Positions 31,245-43,336 are shown, counted from the first letter of the stretch. The stretch is DNA of 64,000 nt from an uncultured Gemmatimonadales bacterium (GCA_963798085.1 CAWCRS010000007.1:1728001-1792000); one strand, 5' to 3'. Notes: generated by a model not told the origin, from the letters alone. Program-made: numbers and translations.

Positions 31245-32348
31245 TCAGCGTATGCGACGGGGATGGACCTCGGCGATCCCGTCGCGCGTCCATTTCGGCG
31301 CGTTCCTGTCGTCAGCCACGCCGAGTCCGAGCCAGAAGGCCAGGCGCGCGATGCGCGCGGCCTTGTCCCCGTTGATCTTGTCCACTTCGTCCGATGGGCG
31401 ATGGTAGTCTGCGTGTACACCGGAAAAGAAGAAGAGGGCCGGGATGCCGGCGCGCGCGAAGTTGTAGTGATCGCTGCGGAAGAAGAAGCGTTCGTCTGGC
31501 CACGGGTCATCGATCACGGCGAGGCCCAGCTCGGGATGCGTACCCGCCGTCTGCAGCACGCGTGAACCCATGTCGGAATAGCGCATGCCGATGGCAACCA
31601 CGGTATCCGGTGCGTTGCGGCCGATCATGTCGATGTTGATGTCGGCGACGATGCGATCCATGGGAATCCGTCCGTGCTCGACGAATGCCTGTGAACCGAA
31701 CAGTCCGATCTCTTCGCCGCTCACCGTGAGGAAGATGATGGAGCGCGCGGGTCGTGCGGGAAGCGACGCGAACGCCTGCGCCAGTTCGAGCACGGCCGAC
31801 GTACCCGATGCATTGTCGTCCGCGCCATTGTAGATGCTGTCGCCGCGCGTATCCGGTGCGCCCACGCCCACGTGGTCCATGTGCGCGCCAAACACGACGT
31901 ACGTGTCACGCAGCCGCGCATCCGAGCCGCGCAGGATGCCCACCACATTAGGTGCGCGCCCGCGTCCCGGCGCGCCGGTGACGGCATACCACTGCAGGTA
32001 CGTGCTGTCGTCGCCGCCAGGCTCCAGTCCCAGCATGGCGAACTCGCTGGCAATGTAGCGCGCGGCAATCTCGAGGCCCGGGCTCGGTGTCGCGCGACCG
32101 CGCAACATGTCGCTCGCGAGAAAGCCGATGCGCGCCTTGATGTCGCGCGCCGTGATCGTGGCCGCGGCACTGTCGCGCGCGTCCCCGGCGCGGGCTGGGG
32201 CGGGCGCCTGCAGCGCTGTCGCGGCGGCGGTCTCGGCATCGCCGCGGCTGCAGCCGAGCAGCAGCAGGAAGGCGACGACGCCGGTCCGCGTCCGGCCCGC
32301 TGCGCGCCGGCGTGCGCGTTCCGTCCCGTACTTTTCGCGTGTCGTCAT
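31245..32348 (-). CDS. M28 family metallopeptidase, lipoprotein
   Basis: LLLGC lipobox, GAHMDH, GADDNASG, GEEIGLFGS, NIDMIG, SDHYNF, YHRPSD. Confidence 0.92.
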   Translation of the reverse strand: MTTREKYGTERARRRAAGRTRTGVVAFLLLLGCSRGDAETAAATALQAPAPARAGDARDSAAATITARDIKARIGFLASDMLRGRATPSPGLEIAARYIASEFAMLGLEPGGDDSTYLQWYAVTGAPGRGRAPNVVGILRGSDARLRDTYVVFGAHMDHVGVGAPDTRGDSIYNGADDNASGTSAVLELAQAFASLPARPARSIIFLTVSGEEIGLFGSQAFVEHGRIPMDRIVADINIDMIGRNAPDTVVAIGMRYSDMGSRVLQTAGTHPELGLAVIDDPWPDERFFFRSDHYNFARAGIPALFFFSGVHADYHRPSDEVDKINGDKAARIARLAFWLGLGVADDRNAPKWTRDGIAEVHPRRIR

Positions 32349-32469
32349 CCGGCTGCTTCCATCCCCGGCTCGTGATGCGTGCTTCGGTGCCGCGCCAAGC
32401 TAATCACAGGCGGCCGGGCGACGCGAGGTCGCATTGTCGTCGTTGGCGGACCGCCGCTACCTTCCAGCC

Positions 32470-33399
32470 ATGAGCGAGCAACGACTCAGCGAGGCCGCCC
32501 GAGTGCGCGCGGATCTGCTGCTGCCACACGATCTCGCCGCACTGGGCGGCATTGAGTTCGTGGCGAGGCAGATCGTCGAGGGCTTCATCGCGGGCCTGCA
32601 CCGGTCGCCGCACCGCGGCTTCTCCGTCGAGTTCGCCGAGCACCGCATGTACCAGCCGGGCGATGACCTGCGGCACATCGACTGGCGCGTCTTCGGTCGC
32701 TCCGATCGCTACTACATCAAGCAGTTCGAGGAAGAGACCAACCTGCGCGCTTATCTGCTGCTGGACGTGAGCGCGTCCATGCAGTGGAGTTCTTCACCGG
32801 ATCGCCTGCCACCCAAGCTGTGGTATGCGAAACAGCTGGCCGCCAGCCTGGCGCTGCTGCTGCTGCGCCAGGGCGACACCGTCGGTCTCATCGGTTTCGA
32901 TCACGAGCTGCGCGGCCGCGTCTCACCCCGCGGCGGACGCCGCCACTGGTACGAGCTGGTACGCAGCATTGGCGCGGTGCACGGCGGCGGTCGCACGGAA
33001 GCGAGCACTGCGTTGCGCGACGTGGCCGGACGGCTGCGTCGTCGCGGACTGATCATTCTGCTCAGCGATCTGCTCGTGGATCCAGGCACGACGCGCATGG
33101 CGCTGCGCTTCCTGCGCCACCGCGGCCACGAGGTGCTCGTGTTCCATCTGCTCGATCCGGGCGAGCGCGAACTGCCCGGCGTGGGCGATGCCCGCTTCAT
33201 CGATCCGGAGACGGGCGAAGAGCTGCCCGTGAGCGTGGCCGACCTGCGCACCGAGTATCGCGAAGCCGTGAGCGCAGCGTTGCGCGAGTGGCGCGACACG
33301 CTCGTGCCGCAGGCCATCGATCACGTCATCGTCGAGACGGACCAGCCCATGGCTCTGGCGCTGCGCGCGTATCTCCACAAGCGGGAACGGCTGGGCTGA
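32470..33399 (+). CDS. DUF58 domain protein (MoxR/vWA-associated)
   Basis: GLHRSPHRGFSVEFAEHRMYQPGDDLRHIDW, LDVSASM, LSDL. Confidence 0.92.
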   Translation: MSEQRLSEAARVRADLLLPHDLAALGGIEFVARQIVEGFIAGLHRSPHRGFSVEFAEHRMYQPGDDLRHIDWRVFGRSDRYYIKQFEEETNLRAYLLLDVSASMQWSSSPDRLPPKLWYAKQLAASLALLLLRQGDTVGLIGFDHELRGRVSPRGGRRHWYELVRSIGAVHGGGRTEASTALRDVAGRLRRRGLIILLSDLLVDPGTTRMALRFLRHRGHEVLVFHLLDPGERELPGVGDARFIDPETGEELPVSVADLRTEYREAVSAALREWRDTLVPQAIDHVIVETDQPMALALRAYLHKRERLG

Positions 33400-35372
33400 T
33401 GGGTTTTCTGAGTCCGGCTCTGCTCGCGCTCGGCGCCGCCGTCGCCGTGCCGCTCATCCTGCATCTGTTCCAGCGGCATCAGGGTCCGCGCGTCATCTTT
33501 CCCGCACTGCGCTATCTGCGGCGGGCCGAGACCGAGCACGCGCGCCGCATTCGCTTCCGCCAGCTGCTCCTCATGCTGCTGCGCGTCGCGGCGCTGCTGC
33601 TGCTCGCACTCGCTGCAGCGAGGCCGTTCCTGCGTTCCGCCGGCGCGCGGCACCAGCCGTCCGCGGTGGCCATCGTGCTGGACAATTCCATGAGCACGAG
33701 CGCGGTGACCGGCGATCGTCGCATGCTCGATGTATTGAAAGACGTGGCGCTCGAGACGCTGGATGATGGCGAGCCGGAAGACGTGTTCTGGCTGATTCGC
33801 GCCGGATCGCCCTGGGAGCCCGCCTGGCCCGGTGATGCGGCGCTCACGGCCAGGCGGGTGCGCGAAACGCGTGGATCCAGCGCGGCCGGTGACATGGCCG
33901 CGGCGATCGCGCGCGCCGCGGCCGTGCTGCAGGCCGGTGCCGGCGGGCGCGCACCCGAGATCGAAGTGCTCGGCGATCTGCAGGCGACCGGTTATCCGAC
34001 CGCTGCGGACGCATCCGTTGGCGCCGGCCCGCCGCTCATTGTATGGGTCCCTTCAGCCGACCCGCCGCGCAACATCACCGTTGCATCCGTCGATATCGCG
34101 GGTGGCTTGCCGCCCGTGGCCGGCCAGCGCTCCAGTGTGGCGGTGCGTGTCACCGGCGATGCGCCACCCGATTCGGTCAATATCCGCCTGCTGCTCGATG
34201 GGCGTGTGATCGGCGCGGCCACCGCACCGCTGGGCAGCGCGTCCATCCTGCCCTTCCCCGCACGCGATGCAGGCTGGATCAGCGGTGCGGTGGAAAAGGA
34301 CCCCGATGCGCTGCGTCCTGATGACCGGCGCTTTTTCGCAACACGGGTCGCCCCGCCGCCGGCTGTGGCCGTGAGTGGCGGGCTGGGACTCGCGGGCGAA
34401 GCGCTGAACGTGCTGGAACAGGCGGGTCGCATTCGACGCACGGACCTGCGCAGCGCCGATGTGGCGCTGCTGCCGGCCGGGCGCGGTCTCGAATCGCTGC
34501 CGCCTGCGGAGAACGTCATCATCGTGGCGCCGGATTCGCTGCTCGAGCTGCCGGCCGTGAATCGCCGTCTCGCCGCGGCCGGCCTGCCCTGGCAGCTGGC
34601 CACGCCGGAAGCAAGTGGCGAGACGCGCTTCGCGCTGCCCGCGCAGGTCGACCCCGCGCTGCGCAGCCTCGATGATGTGCGCCTCCGTACGGCGTTCCGC
34701 CTGGTGCCGCAGGGGGCGAGCCCTGACAGCGTGTTATTGCGTCTTTCGGATGGCTCCGCCTGGGCAGTGCGCGGGGAGCGGCCCGGTGGCGGCCGGTACA
34801 TCATTCTGGCTTCGCCACTCGGTGAATCGGCGACGACGCTGGTTTCATCGCCGGCACTGGTCCCGCTGCTCGATCGCCTGCTCGGTCCCTGGGTGGCCAA
34901 CCGCCTGGCCGTGGCCGACGTTGCGCCAGGCAGCGCCGTGTCGCTGCCGCCGGGCACCACCGGCATCGTGACGCCGGGCGGAACCACGGAGCCGGCCAGC
35001 GCCGACTATCGCGTGGGCATCGATGCCGGTGTCTACCGCTTCGTGGCCGGAGACAGCACCCTGGGCATGGTTGCAGTGAACCCGCCGGCGGCGGAATCCG
35101 ATCTCACCCGTATCGATGCCCGTCGTGTGCGTGCGCTCTTCCCCGCTAACGCGATCTTTACGGCGAACAATGCGCAGGAATGGCGCACCCGCATCTACCG
35201 CGAGCGCGTGGGGCGCGAACTCTGGCGTACGCTGGCGTTGCTCGCGCTGGGCCTGCTGGTGGGCGAGGCGCTGGTGGCCGCCAGCGGCGCAGTGGGCGAC
35301 CGTTCGGGCGGCAGGCGTGCGCCGGCGCGCGCCCCCTCGCCGCGGCGGGAGACCACGCACGCGGGGGATTGA
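33399..35372 (+). CDS. BatA N-terminal / vWA domain membrane protein
   Basis: MGFLSPALL..VPLILHL, LLMLLRV..ARP, LDNSMS MIDAS-like motif, ESDL, C-terminal TM. Confidence 0.85.
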   Translation: MGFLSPALLALGAAVAVPLILHLFQRHQGPRVIFPALRYLRRAETEHARRIRFRQLLLMLLRVAALLLLALAAARPFLRSAGARHQPSAVAIVLDNSMSTSAVTGDRRMLDVLKDVALETLDDGEPEDVFWLIRAGSPWEPAWPGDAALTARRVRETRGSSAAGDMAAAIARAAAVLQAGAGGRAPEIEVLGDLQATGYPTAADASVGAGPPLIVWVPSADPPRNITVASVDIAGGLPPVAGQRSSVAVRVTGDAPPDSVNIRLLLDGRVIGAATAPLGSASILPFPARDAGWISGAVEKDPDALRPDDRRFFATRVAPPPAVAVSGGLGLAGEALNVLEQAGRIRRTDLRSADVALLPAGRGLESLPPAENVIIVAPDSLLELPAVNRRLAAAGLPWQLATPEASGETRFALPAQVDPALRSLDDVRLRTAFRLVPQGASPDSVLLRLSDGSAWAVRGERPGGGRYIILASPLGESATTLVSSPALVPLLDRLLGPWVANRLAVADVAPGSAVSLPPGTTGIVTPGGTTEPASADYRVGIDAGVYRFVAGDSTLGMVAVNPPAAESDLTRIDARRVRALFPANAIFTANNAQEWRTRIYRERVGRELWRTLALLALGLLVGEALVAASGAVGDRSGGRRAPARAPSPRRETTHAGD

Positions 35373-35377
35373 GGCCC

Positions 35378-38300
35378 ATGCACCCCGCGCTCGTCGAAGC
35401 CATGCGCGCCCAGCCCGCGTTCGCGCGACTGCTGGGGGCGCTGCCCGCGGCCGGCGCACGCTTTCGCGTATCCGGTCTGGCCGGCTCGGCCCCATCCCTG
35501 CTGGCCGGCGCCCTCGCCGAGGCTCTGCCGCACCGCATCTTCGTCGTGCTGGCCCACTCGCCCGCCGATGCCGAGGCCTGTGCCGCGGACCTGCTCACAC
35601 TGCTGGGTGACGATGCCGCGGTGCTCTACCCGCAGCGCGAAACACTGCCGTACGAAGCCGCGCAGGAGCACATCGAGCTGGGCGGCCTGCGCGTGGAGGC
35701 GCTGGAAGCGCTGTTAGCCGGACGCTCGCGGATTCTCGTCACCACGGCGCGCGCCGTGCAGGAACTCTCCGAGCTGCCCAGCGAGCTGGCCGAGCTGCGG
35801 CTCACGCTGGCCGTGGGCCAATCGATTCGCCCCGCCGTGCTGATGGCGCAGCTTGATGACCTCGGATTCCAGCGCACGGCACTGGTGGAAGAGGTGGGGC
35901 AGTACGCGCCGCGTGGTGGCATCCTCGACCTCTTCGGCTTCGGATCCGCCGAACCTCTGCGCATCGAGTTCTGGGGCGACGAAATCGCCTCCATCAGGCA
36001 CTTCGATATTCTGGACCAGCGCTCCACCGGTGGACGGCGCAGTGTCGACATCCTGCCGGTGTCGCTGCGCACCAGCGAGAGCGGGGCTTCCGTGCGCCGT
36101 TCGCTCCTCGATGTCATGGGCCGTGATGCCTTGCTCGTCGAATGGGCCGATGGCGTGAGCGAGACGGAATTTCAGCGCGCCTGGGAACAGGCGGTTCACC
36201 TGCACGATGCCGAGCTGCGCCGGGGCGGCACGCCCGCCCCGCCTGACACGCTGTTATTGACGCCCGCGGACGCGGCGGCGCAGCTCGCCGGCTTTGGTGT
36301 GCTGGCGCTGACCGGCGCGGCCGAGAGCGACCTCCGCTTCGATGCCCGCCCCGCGGAACCCATCGAGCGCGACATGGACCGGCTGGCCGCGCTGCTGCGC
36401 GCCGGCGCGGCCCGCCGCGAGCGCAGCTGGATTCTCTGCGACAACGAAGGCCAGCTGGATCGTCTGGAAGCCCTCATGATCGAGCGCGGCGGGCTGCCGC
36501 CCGGCACATCGCTCGCGCTGGGCGCGGTGCAGGCCGGCTTCGTGCTCGAGGGCGCGAAGCCGCCCGTCCGCGTCCTCACGGACCACGAGATCTTCGCGCG
36601 CGCCCGGCGCCTGCGCCGCGCGCGCCGTTTCCGCGGCGCCGTGGCGCTGGAGAGCATCTCGCAGCTCCGCAGCGGCGATTTCGTGGTGCATCTCGATCAT
36701 GGCATCGGACGCTTCCGCGGGCTGGAGCGCGTCACTGTCGGCGATGCCGTCATCGAGGCGCTCGCCATCGAGTATGCGGGTGGCGAGACGCTGCGCGTTC
36801 CCGTTTATCGCCTTGACCAGATTGAGCGCTGGATGCCGGACCGCGATGACGGCCGCGAGCCGAAACTGCATCGCATTGGCGGCAAGACGTGGAAGACGCT
36901 GCGTCGCAAGACGGAGCAGGCCATCCAGCAGATGGCCACCGAGCTGCTCGAGCTGTACGCCGCACGGCAGCTGGCAGAGCGTCCGCCCTACCCTCCCGAC
37001 GGGCGCTGGCAGCGCGAGATGGAATCCGCGTTCCTGTACGAGGACACGCCCGATCAGCGGCAGGCGACTGCGGACGTGAAGCGGGACATGGAATCGCGTC
37101 GTCCGATGGATCGTCTGCTGTGCGGTGATGTGGGTTATGGCAAGACCGAGATCGCCATTCGCGCCGCCTTCAAGGCCGCCGTGGACGGACGGCAGGTCGC
37201 AGTGCTCGCGCCCACGACGATCCTCGTCGATCAGCATCTGCACACCTTCCGCGAGCGACTGGCCGGCTACCCCGTGCGCATTGAATCGCTGTCACGCTTC
37301 CGCACCGAGCGCGAGCAGCAGGATATCCTGGCCGGCATTGCGACCGGCAGCGTCGATATCGTCGTCGGCACGCATCGCCTGATCGAGCCGGATGTCACGT
37401 TCCGCAACCTGGGCCTGCTGGTCATCGACGAAGAGCAGCGCTTCGGCGTCAAGCAGAAGGAGCGTTTCAAGGCGCTCAAACATCACATCGACGTGCTTTC
37501 GCTCACTGCCACGCCCATTCCGCGGACGCTGCACCTCTCTCTCAGCGGATTGCGCGATCTGTCGCTGCTGCAGACGCCACCGCGCGATCGCATGCCCATC
37601 ATCACGCACGTGCTGCCCTGGGTGGACGAAGTCCTGGAAGATGCCATTCGCCGTGAGCTGGACCGGGGCGGCCAGGCGTTCGTCGTTCACAATCGCGTGC
37701 AGTCCATCGGCATTGTCGCGGAGCAGGTGCGCCAGATCGTGCCCGATGCGGTACTCGACGTGGCGCACGGGCAGATGCCCAGCGCGAAGCTGGAATCGGT
37801 AATGCGGCGTTTCCTCGAGGGCGAGACTCGCGTGCTCGTATCCACTGCGATCATTGAGAATGGCCTGGACGTGCCCACCGCCAACACGCTGATCGTGGAC
37901 CGCGCGGACCAGTTCGGACTTTCGCAGCTCTACCAGATCCGCGGCCGCGTGGGTCGCTCGCACCATCGCGCGTACTGCTATCTGCTGGTGCCCGAGGGGG
38001 CCAACGAAGAAGCCGAGCGTCGTTTGCGCATCCTCGAGCATTTCACGGACCTGGGCAGCGGGTATGCCATCGCGCTCAAGGATCTCGAGCTGCGCGGCGC
38101 CGGCAACATCGTGGGCGCCGAGCAGTCGGGCTTCGTCCACGCCATCGGCCTGGACACGTATACCCGGCTGCTGGAGCAGACCATGAAGCGTCTGCAGCAG
38201 GGCGAAGCGGCCGAGCCGGTGCCCTGCGATGTTTCCCTCGACGGCGCGGCATTCCTGCCCGACGACTATGTCGCGGATGCTGCCCTCAAACTCCACATTT

Positions 38301-38674
38301 ACCGGCGTCTGTCGCGCGTCGAGAGCGTGGCGCAGGTCGATGCGCTCGCGCTCGAAGTGCGCGATCGCTATGGTCCGCCCCCGCCCGAGGCTCAGCGTCT
38401 GTTCCGCGCCAGCGCGTTGCGACTCGCGGGCACGCGCGCCGGCGCCGAGCGCATTCTCGTGCGCGGCGAGAGTGCGCGCATCACGTTCCGCCCCGGCGTC
38501 CTGCCTCGCCTCGCGGCCCTGCAGGATACCATGGGTGACCGGCAGACAGAGCTGGAAATCGCCCGCACCAATCCGCTTTCGCTCGTGCTGCGCGCCCGAG
38601 GCGCGGCGCCCGTCACCGAGACCGTGCTGAGCGCGCTGGAACGCCTGGCGGACCGTCCCGCGCAGGCCGCCTGA
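35378..38674 (+). CDS. mfd: transcription-repair coupling factor
   Basis: [65 protein letters not shown]. Confidence 0.97.
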   Translation: MHPALVEAMRAQPAFARLLGALPAAGARFRVSGLAGSAPSLLAGALAEALPHRIFVVLAHSPADAEACAADLLTLLGDDAAVLYPQRETLPYEAAQEHIELGGLRVEALEALLAGRSRILVTTARAVQELSELPSELAELRLTLAVGQSIRPAVLMAQLDDLGFQRTALVEEVGQYAPRGGILDLFGFGSAEPLRIEFWGDEIASIRHFDILDQRSTGGRRSVDILPVSLRTSESGASVRRSLLDVMGRDALLVEWADGVSETEFQRAWEQAVHLHDAELRRGGTPAPPDTLLLTPADAAAQLAGFGVLALTGAAESDLRFDARPAEPIERDMDRLAALLRAGAARRERSWILCDNEGQLDRLEALMIERGGLPPGTSLALGAVQAGFVLEGAKPPVRVLTDHEIFARARRLRRARRFRGAVALESISQLRSGDFVVHLDHGIGRFRGLERVTVGDAVIEALAIEYAGGETLRVPVYRLDQIERWMPDRDDGREPKLHRIGGKTWKTLRRKTEQAIQQMATELLELYAARQLAERPPYPPDGRWQREMESAFLYEDTPDQRQATADVKRDMESRRPMDRLLCGDVGYGKTEIAIRAAFKAAVDGRQVAVLAPTTILVDQHLHTFRERLAGYPVRIESLSRFRTEREQQDILAGIATGSVDIVVGTHRLIEPDVTFRNLGLLVIDEEQRFGVKQKERFKALKHHIDVLSLTATPIPRTLHLSLSGLRDLSLLQTPPRDRMPIITHVLPWVDEVLEDAIRRELDRGGQAFVVHNRVQSIGIVAEQVRQIVPDAVLDVAHGQMPSAKLESVMRRFLEGETRVLVSTAIIENGLDVPTANTLIVDRADQFGLSQLYQIRGRVGRSHHRAYCYLLVPEGANEEAERRLRILEHFTDLGSGYAIALKDLELRGAGNIVGAEQSGFVHAIGLDTYTRLLEQTMKRLQQGEAAEPVPCDVSLDGAAFLPDDYVADAALKLHIYRRLSRVESVAQVDALALEVRDRYGPPPPEAQRLFRASALRLAGTRAGAERILVRGESARITFRPGVLPRLAALQDTMGDRQTELEIARTNPLSLVLRARGAAPVTETVLSALERLADRPAQAA

Positions 38675-38782
38675 GGTCGTTGTCGGCTGGCGCAAAACAC
38701 GGGATTTCGATACCTTGTGCGGGTTTGGCTCCCACGAAAACGCGTCCGTCTCGCAAACGGCTCTGTCAAGGAAATGGGCTGG

Positions 38783-40216
38783 ATGAAAAGAGGATTCGCA
38801 CTCACTGTCTTCGCGCTCTGCGCTTTCGCCGCATGCGACAGCTTCGGGCAGGCCGTTTCCTCGCACACCGATGTGCTGGCGCGCGCCGCCGGCCACGACC
38901 TGAGTGTGGACAAGGCCGCCTCGCTGATCGCACCGCACAAGGAAGTGCCCGCGCAGCGCGATGTCGTCGACGCGATCGCCAATCTGTGGGTCGACTACAC
39001 GCTGCTGGCGGTCGCTGCCACGCAGGACACCACGCTGGCCAACGTGAATCTCGATGCGCTGGTCAAGCCGTTCCGCGATCAGGCAGTCGTCTACAAGCTG
39101 CGCGACAAGGTGATCAAGGTCGATACGGCAATCTCCGACGCGGACCTGCTCGCCATGTACCAGAAGGATGAGTCGGGCGTGACGGTGCGTGCCCGCCACA
39201 TCCTGCTCAAGATGCCGGCCGATGCGCCGGCATCCGTGCGCGACAGCGTGACGAAACTCGCGGTGCAGCTGCGCGACCGCGCGCGCAAGGGTGAAGACTT
39301 TGCCGCGCTGGCGCGCAAGTACAGCGCGGATGGATCCGCGCAGCAGGGCGGCGACCTCGGCTTCTTCACGCGTGAGCAGATGGTCGCGCCTTTCTCGGAT
39401 GCGGCGTTCAAACTGAAGCCCGGCGAGATCAGCGACCCGGTGGAGACGCCGTTCGGCATGCACGTCATCAAGCTGGAAGAGCGCAAGCAGCCACCTTTCG
39501 ATTCCATCAAGGACTCGTTCCGCGAGACGGCGCAGCAGCAGCGCGAGCAGGATGCGCAGGTCGCGTACGTGAAGGGGCTGACGGACTCGCTCAAGATCAC
39601 GGTGCAGGACGGCGCGGTCGCGAACGCCAAGGAAATCGCGCGCGCACCGGAAACCGAGCTGCGTGGTCGAGCCGGTTCACGCGCCCTCGTGCGCTATCAG
39701 GGCGGCGCCTTCACGGCCAACGAGTTCCAGGATGCGGCACGGACCTATCCCCCCCAGTGGCGAGGCGGTGTAGTGGCGGCACCCGATGCGCAGATCACGC
39801 AGGTGCTCGAGGGGCTGACACGCAACAAGATCCTGGTGCAGGAGGCGGAACGGCAGAACCTGGCCATGTCGAAAGAGGAGACGGATTCGCTGCGCACCGC
39901 AATGCGCGGACAGCTGCACACGGCGGCGGCGCGCGCCGGACTCATCGCCGTGCAACCGCAGAATGGCGAGAGCATGCACCAGGCGATCGACCGCAAGGTG
40001 AACGCGCTGCTCGACGCCATCATGAACAACGAGCAGAATGCCTTCCCGCTCGGTCCGATTTCATTTTCGTTGCGCCACCAGATGAATGGCGAAGTTTTCG
40101 AGCGCTCCTATGACGCCGTGGTGGCGCGTATCGAAGCGCAGCGGCCGGGTCAGCCTCCGCTGCCTTCAGCGCAGCCGACGCCGCCTCCCACCGATACCGG
40201 GCGAGGCGGCAAATAG
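38783..40216 (+). CDS. parvulin-type peptidyl-prolyl isomerase lipoprotein
   Basis: FAAC lipobox, [33 protein letters not shown]. Confidence 0.9.
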   Translation: MKRGFALTVFALCAFAACDSFGQAVSSHTDVLARAAGHDLSVDKAASLIAPHKEVPAQRDVVDAIANLWVDYTLLAVAATQDTTLANVNLDALVKPFRDQAVVYKLRDKVIKVDTAISDADLLAMYQKDESGVTVRARHILLKMPADAPASVRDSVTKLAVQLRDRARKGEDFAALARKYSADGSAQQGGDLGFFTREQMVAPFSDAAFKLKPGEISDPVETPFGMHVIKLEERKQPPFDSIKDSFRETAQQQREQDAQVAYVKGLTDSLKITVQDGAVANAKEIARAPETELRGRAGSRALVRYQGGAFTANEFQDAARTYPPQWRGGVVAAPDAQITQVLEGLTRNKILVQEAERQNLAMSKEETDSLRTAMRGQLHTAAARAGLIAVQPQNGESMHQAIDRKVNALLDAIMNNEQNAFPLGPISFSLRHQMNGEVFERSYDAVVARIEAQRPGQPPLPSAQPTPPPTDTGRGGK

Positions 40217-40334
40217 CACGCGGACGCATGACGGCGTGCGTGCTTGACGCCGGAACCCGCGGGCAGCGCGGGGATATCATGGGCGGGTCGGGCCGGCTGG
40301 CCTCGACCCGCCTCCGGTTTCGAAGCGATCGGGC

Positions 40335-41672
40335 ATGCCACGTTCGTTGAAACTCGCTCTTGCCGCGCTGGCGCTGGCGCCGACCGCGGTTCTCGCGCAG
40401 CAGTCCACCATGCGCGTCGATACCCTGCTGCGCATCGTCGCTGTTGTCGGGGACAGCATCATCACGAATGTGCAGCTGAAGCAGGCACTGGAATTCTGGG
40501 CGGCGAACCCTCCACAGGAGCTGCCGCCGCCGGGGCCGAAGCTGGATTCGCTAATCAATGAGCTGATTCAGCAGCAGATCGATGAGCTGGTCTGGGTGCA
40601 GGCGGCGCAGAAGGACACCACACTCAAGACCACGGACGAAGAACTGCGCGGTTTCGTCGACCGCCAGATGGATGCCGTGCTGCAGCAGCAGTTCCGCGGG
40701 GACCGCGCTCGCTTCGAGGCTGCAGTCCAGGCAGAGAACATGACGATGGACCAGTACCGCGAACAATTGAGCACCAACATCAAGCACCAGCGGATGGTCC
40801 AGCTGTACCAGCAGAAGATCACTCGCGATCGCAAGCCACCGCCCGTATCCGACAAGGAAATCCGCGAACGCTTCGATCAGGCCACGCGCGAGCAGGGCCC
40901 GCCGCAGCTGCCGCCGACGATCGCATTCGATCAGGTGGTGATTCCCGTGACGTCGTCGGATTCGGCGAAGGCGAAGGCGCGGGCCCTCGCCGATTCGGTC
41001 CTCAAACTGATCCGCGACGGCAAGGAAGACTTCGCGCAGCTGGCCCGCCGCTTTTCCGAGGATCCGGGCAGCAAGGATCTGGGCGGGGATCTCGGCTGGT
41101 TCCGGCCGGAACGCATGCAGGCCGAGTTCGGACGGGCTGCATCGCTTCTCAAGCCCGGTGAAGTAAGTGATCCCGTTGAGACGATCTACGGGTTCCACAT
41201 CATCAAGCTGGAGAAGATCCGCGGCCCGGAGCGCCAGGCGCGCCACATTCTGATTCGCCCTGCACTCGACGATGCGGACAAGGAACGCGCCCGTGGCCTG
41301 GCTGACAAGGTCGTGGCCGCACTGAACGCCGGCGCTTCCATCGATTCGCTGCGCCGCGAGTACGGCGATCGCGATGAACCGCCTCACATCACCTTCGCCC
41401 GCGACAGCCTGCCCGAAGACTATCGCGCGGCTCTCACCGATGCGACCGGTGGCCAGGTCGTGGGGCCGTTCGAACTGACCGGCGAGGTGCCGAAATTCGC
41501 GGTCGTGAAAGTGGAACGCGTGGAAGCGGCGCGACCCGCAACCGTCGAAGACTATCGCGCGCAGATCCAGCAGCAGATGGCGCACGAGAAACAGCTCGCG
41601 GAAATCATCGCGGACCTGCGGCGCGCCACCTACATCGAGATCCGAGTCGGACCGGGCGCATCCAGCCATTGA
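40335..41672 (+). CDS. surA: SurA-like periplasmic chaperone/PPIase
   Basis: Signal peptide, IVAVVGDSII, FSEDPGS..GGDLGW, GFHIIK; upstream of pdxA. Confidence 0.85.
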   Translation: MPRSLKLALAALALAPTAVLAQQSTMRVDTLLRIVAVVGDSIITNVQLKQALEFWAANPPQELPPPGPKLDSLINELIQQQIDELVWVQAAQKDTTLKTTDEELRGFVDRQMDAVLQQQFRGDRARFEAAVQAENMTMDQYREQLSTNIKHQRMVQLYQQKITRDRKPPPVSDKEIRERFDQATREQGPPQLPPTIAFDQVVIPVTSSDSAKAKARALADSVLKLIRDGKEDFAQLARRFSEDPGSKDLGGDLGWFRPERMQAEFGRAASLLKPGEVSDPVETIYGFHIIKLEKIRGPERQARHILIRPALDDADKERARGLADKVVAALNAGASIDSLRREYGDRDEPPHITFARDSLPEDYRAALTDATGGQVVGPFELTGEVPKFAVVKVERVEAARPATVEDYRAQIQQQMAHEKQLAEIIADLRRATYIEIRVGPGASSH

Positions 41673-42652
41673 GCCGAGAGCCGCGCCCGGACGACACGCC
41701 GGCGCAACGCTGGCTGGCGATCACGCTCGGCGACGTACGCGGTATCGGCCCCGAGGTTGCCGCGGCGGCTGTACGCTCGTTCGCTTCCCTCCCCGACCGG
41801 CCGCGCTTCCTGTTCATCGGGCCCGAAGGGACCGGTGTCGAGAAAATCGCAGATGCCTTCACGGCGATCGGCGAATGGCCCGCACACGGTACGCCAGCCC
41901 TGGCCGGGCGACTCGCCGGACTTGCCATTGAAGAGGGCGCGCGCCGCGCGCTCGCAGGCGATGTCGCCGCACTCGTAACGGCACCCATCGACAAGGCCGC
42001 GCTGCACCTGGCCGGCTACGACTTTCCCGGGCACACCGAGTTCCTGGCCGCCTTGAGTGGCTCTCCCGAGGTGTCGATGCTGATGAGCGCGGAGAAGACC
42101 GCCCTGGGCGGGCCATTGCGCGTGGTGCTGGCCACCACGCACGTGGCCCTTGCCAGTGTCCCCCGACTCCTGACATCCGATCTGCTGGTGCGTCAGACCC
42201 GCATTCTCGTGCAGGCACTGGAGAGCGGCTGGGCGATTCCCCGGCCGCGGGTTGCGCTGTGCGCGTTCAATCCGCACGCTTCCGATGGCGGCCTGTTCGG
42301 CGACGAGGAAGCGCGCATCTTCCAGCCGGCCCTCGCGACCCTGCGTGCCGAGTCCATCGACGTACACGGGCCATTGCCGGCTGACACGGTGTTTCTGCGG
42401 GCGGCGAAAGGGGAATTCGATGCCATCGTCGCACCCTATCACAATGTGGGCATGGCTGCCTTCAAGACGGCCGCGTTCGGTGGCGGCGTCAACGTGACGC
42501 TGGGCCTGCCCTTCGTGCGCACATCGCCCGACCACGGGACCGCGCTCGACATTGCCGGGCGAGGCCTGGCGGATCCCGGCTCGATGGTGGAAGCCATCAC
42601 ACTGGCCGATCGACTCGCGGCCCGGCGGCGCGCACCGGTGCGGTCCGCATGA
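41669..42652 (+). CDS. pdxA: 4-hydroxythreonine-4-phosphate dehydrogenase
   Basis: GIGPEV, TAPIDK, GHTEFL, NPHA, RTSPDHGTA. Confidence 0.93.
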   Translation: MSREPRPDDTPAQRWLAITLGDVRGIGPEVAAAAVRSFASLPDRPRFLFIGPEGTGVEKIADAFTAIGEWPAHGTPALAGRLAGLAIEEGARRALAGDVAALVTAPIDKAALHLAGYDFPGHTEFLAALSGSPEVSMLMSAEKTALGGPLRVVLATTHVALASVPRLLTSDLLVRQTRILVQALESGWAIPRPRVALCAFNPHASDGGLFGDEEARIFQPALATLRAESIDVHGPLPADTVFLRAAKGEFDAIVAPYHNVGMAAFKTAAFGGGVNVTLGLPFVRTSPDHGTALDIAGRGLADPGSMVEAITLADRLAARRRAPVRSA

Positions 42653-43332
42653 TCCGCCTCATCAATGTGCACAAGGAATACGCGCGCAGCGGGTCCGCGC
42701 TCAACGGCGTTTCCTTCGAGGTGCGCAAGAGTGAGTTCTGCTTCCTCACGGGACACAGCGGTGCCGGCAAGTCCACGATCATGCGGCTGATTCACATGGC
42801 GGACCGGCCCACGAGCGGCGAAATACGCGTCGCCGGCTTCCGCTCCGGCACCATCAAGCCGCGGGAGATTTCGATGTTGCGGCGCAAGATCGGCTACGTC
42901 TTCCAGGATTTCCGGCTGCTGCAGGACCGCAGTGCCTCGGCTAACGTGGCGTTTGCACTGGAAGTGACCGGCGCCCGGCCTGCGGTGATCCGCACCAAGG
43001 TGGGCCGGCTGCTGGCGCAGGTGGGCCTGGCGGCCAAGTCGGAGTCACTGCCCTCGGAGCTGTCGGGCGGCGAGCAGCAGCGCGTGGCAGTGGCACGCGC
43101 CCTGGCCAACGATCCGCTGGTGCTGCTCGCGGATGAACCCACCGGCAATCTCGATGAGCGCGCCACGCGCGGCATATTCGATCTGTTCCGCGAGATCAAT
43201 CTGGCAGGCACGGCCGTCATCTTCGCGACCCACAATCTCGACCTGGTGCGCAGCAATCCCGAGTTGCGCGTGCTGGAGCTGGATCACGGCACCATCGTGT
43301 TCGACTCGGCCGCTTTGGCGGCGGGCGGCTGA
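42649..43332 (+). CDS. ftsE: cell division ATP-binding protein
   Basis: GHSGAGKST, VFQDFRLL, LSGGEQQRV, ADEPTGNLD. Confidence 0.93.
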   Translation: MIRLINVHKEYARSGSALNGVSFEVRKSEFCFLTGHSGAGKSTIMRLIHMADRPTSGEIRVAGFRSGTIKPREISMLRRKIGYVFQDFRLLQDRSASANVAFALEVTGARPAVIRTKVGRLLAQVGLAAKSESLPSELSGGEQQRVAVARALANDPLVLLADEPTGNLDERATRGIFDLFREINLAGTAVIFATHNLDLVRSNPELRVLELDHGTIVFDSAALAAGG

Positions 43333-43336
43333 AGCC

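Noticed and set aside
37292..39463. Long antisense ORFs (also 8637-10394, 12146-13792, 53076-54824, 58856-60187)
   Set aside because: Shadow frames opposite well-supported genes, expected at this GC content, with no recognisable motifs
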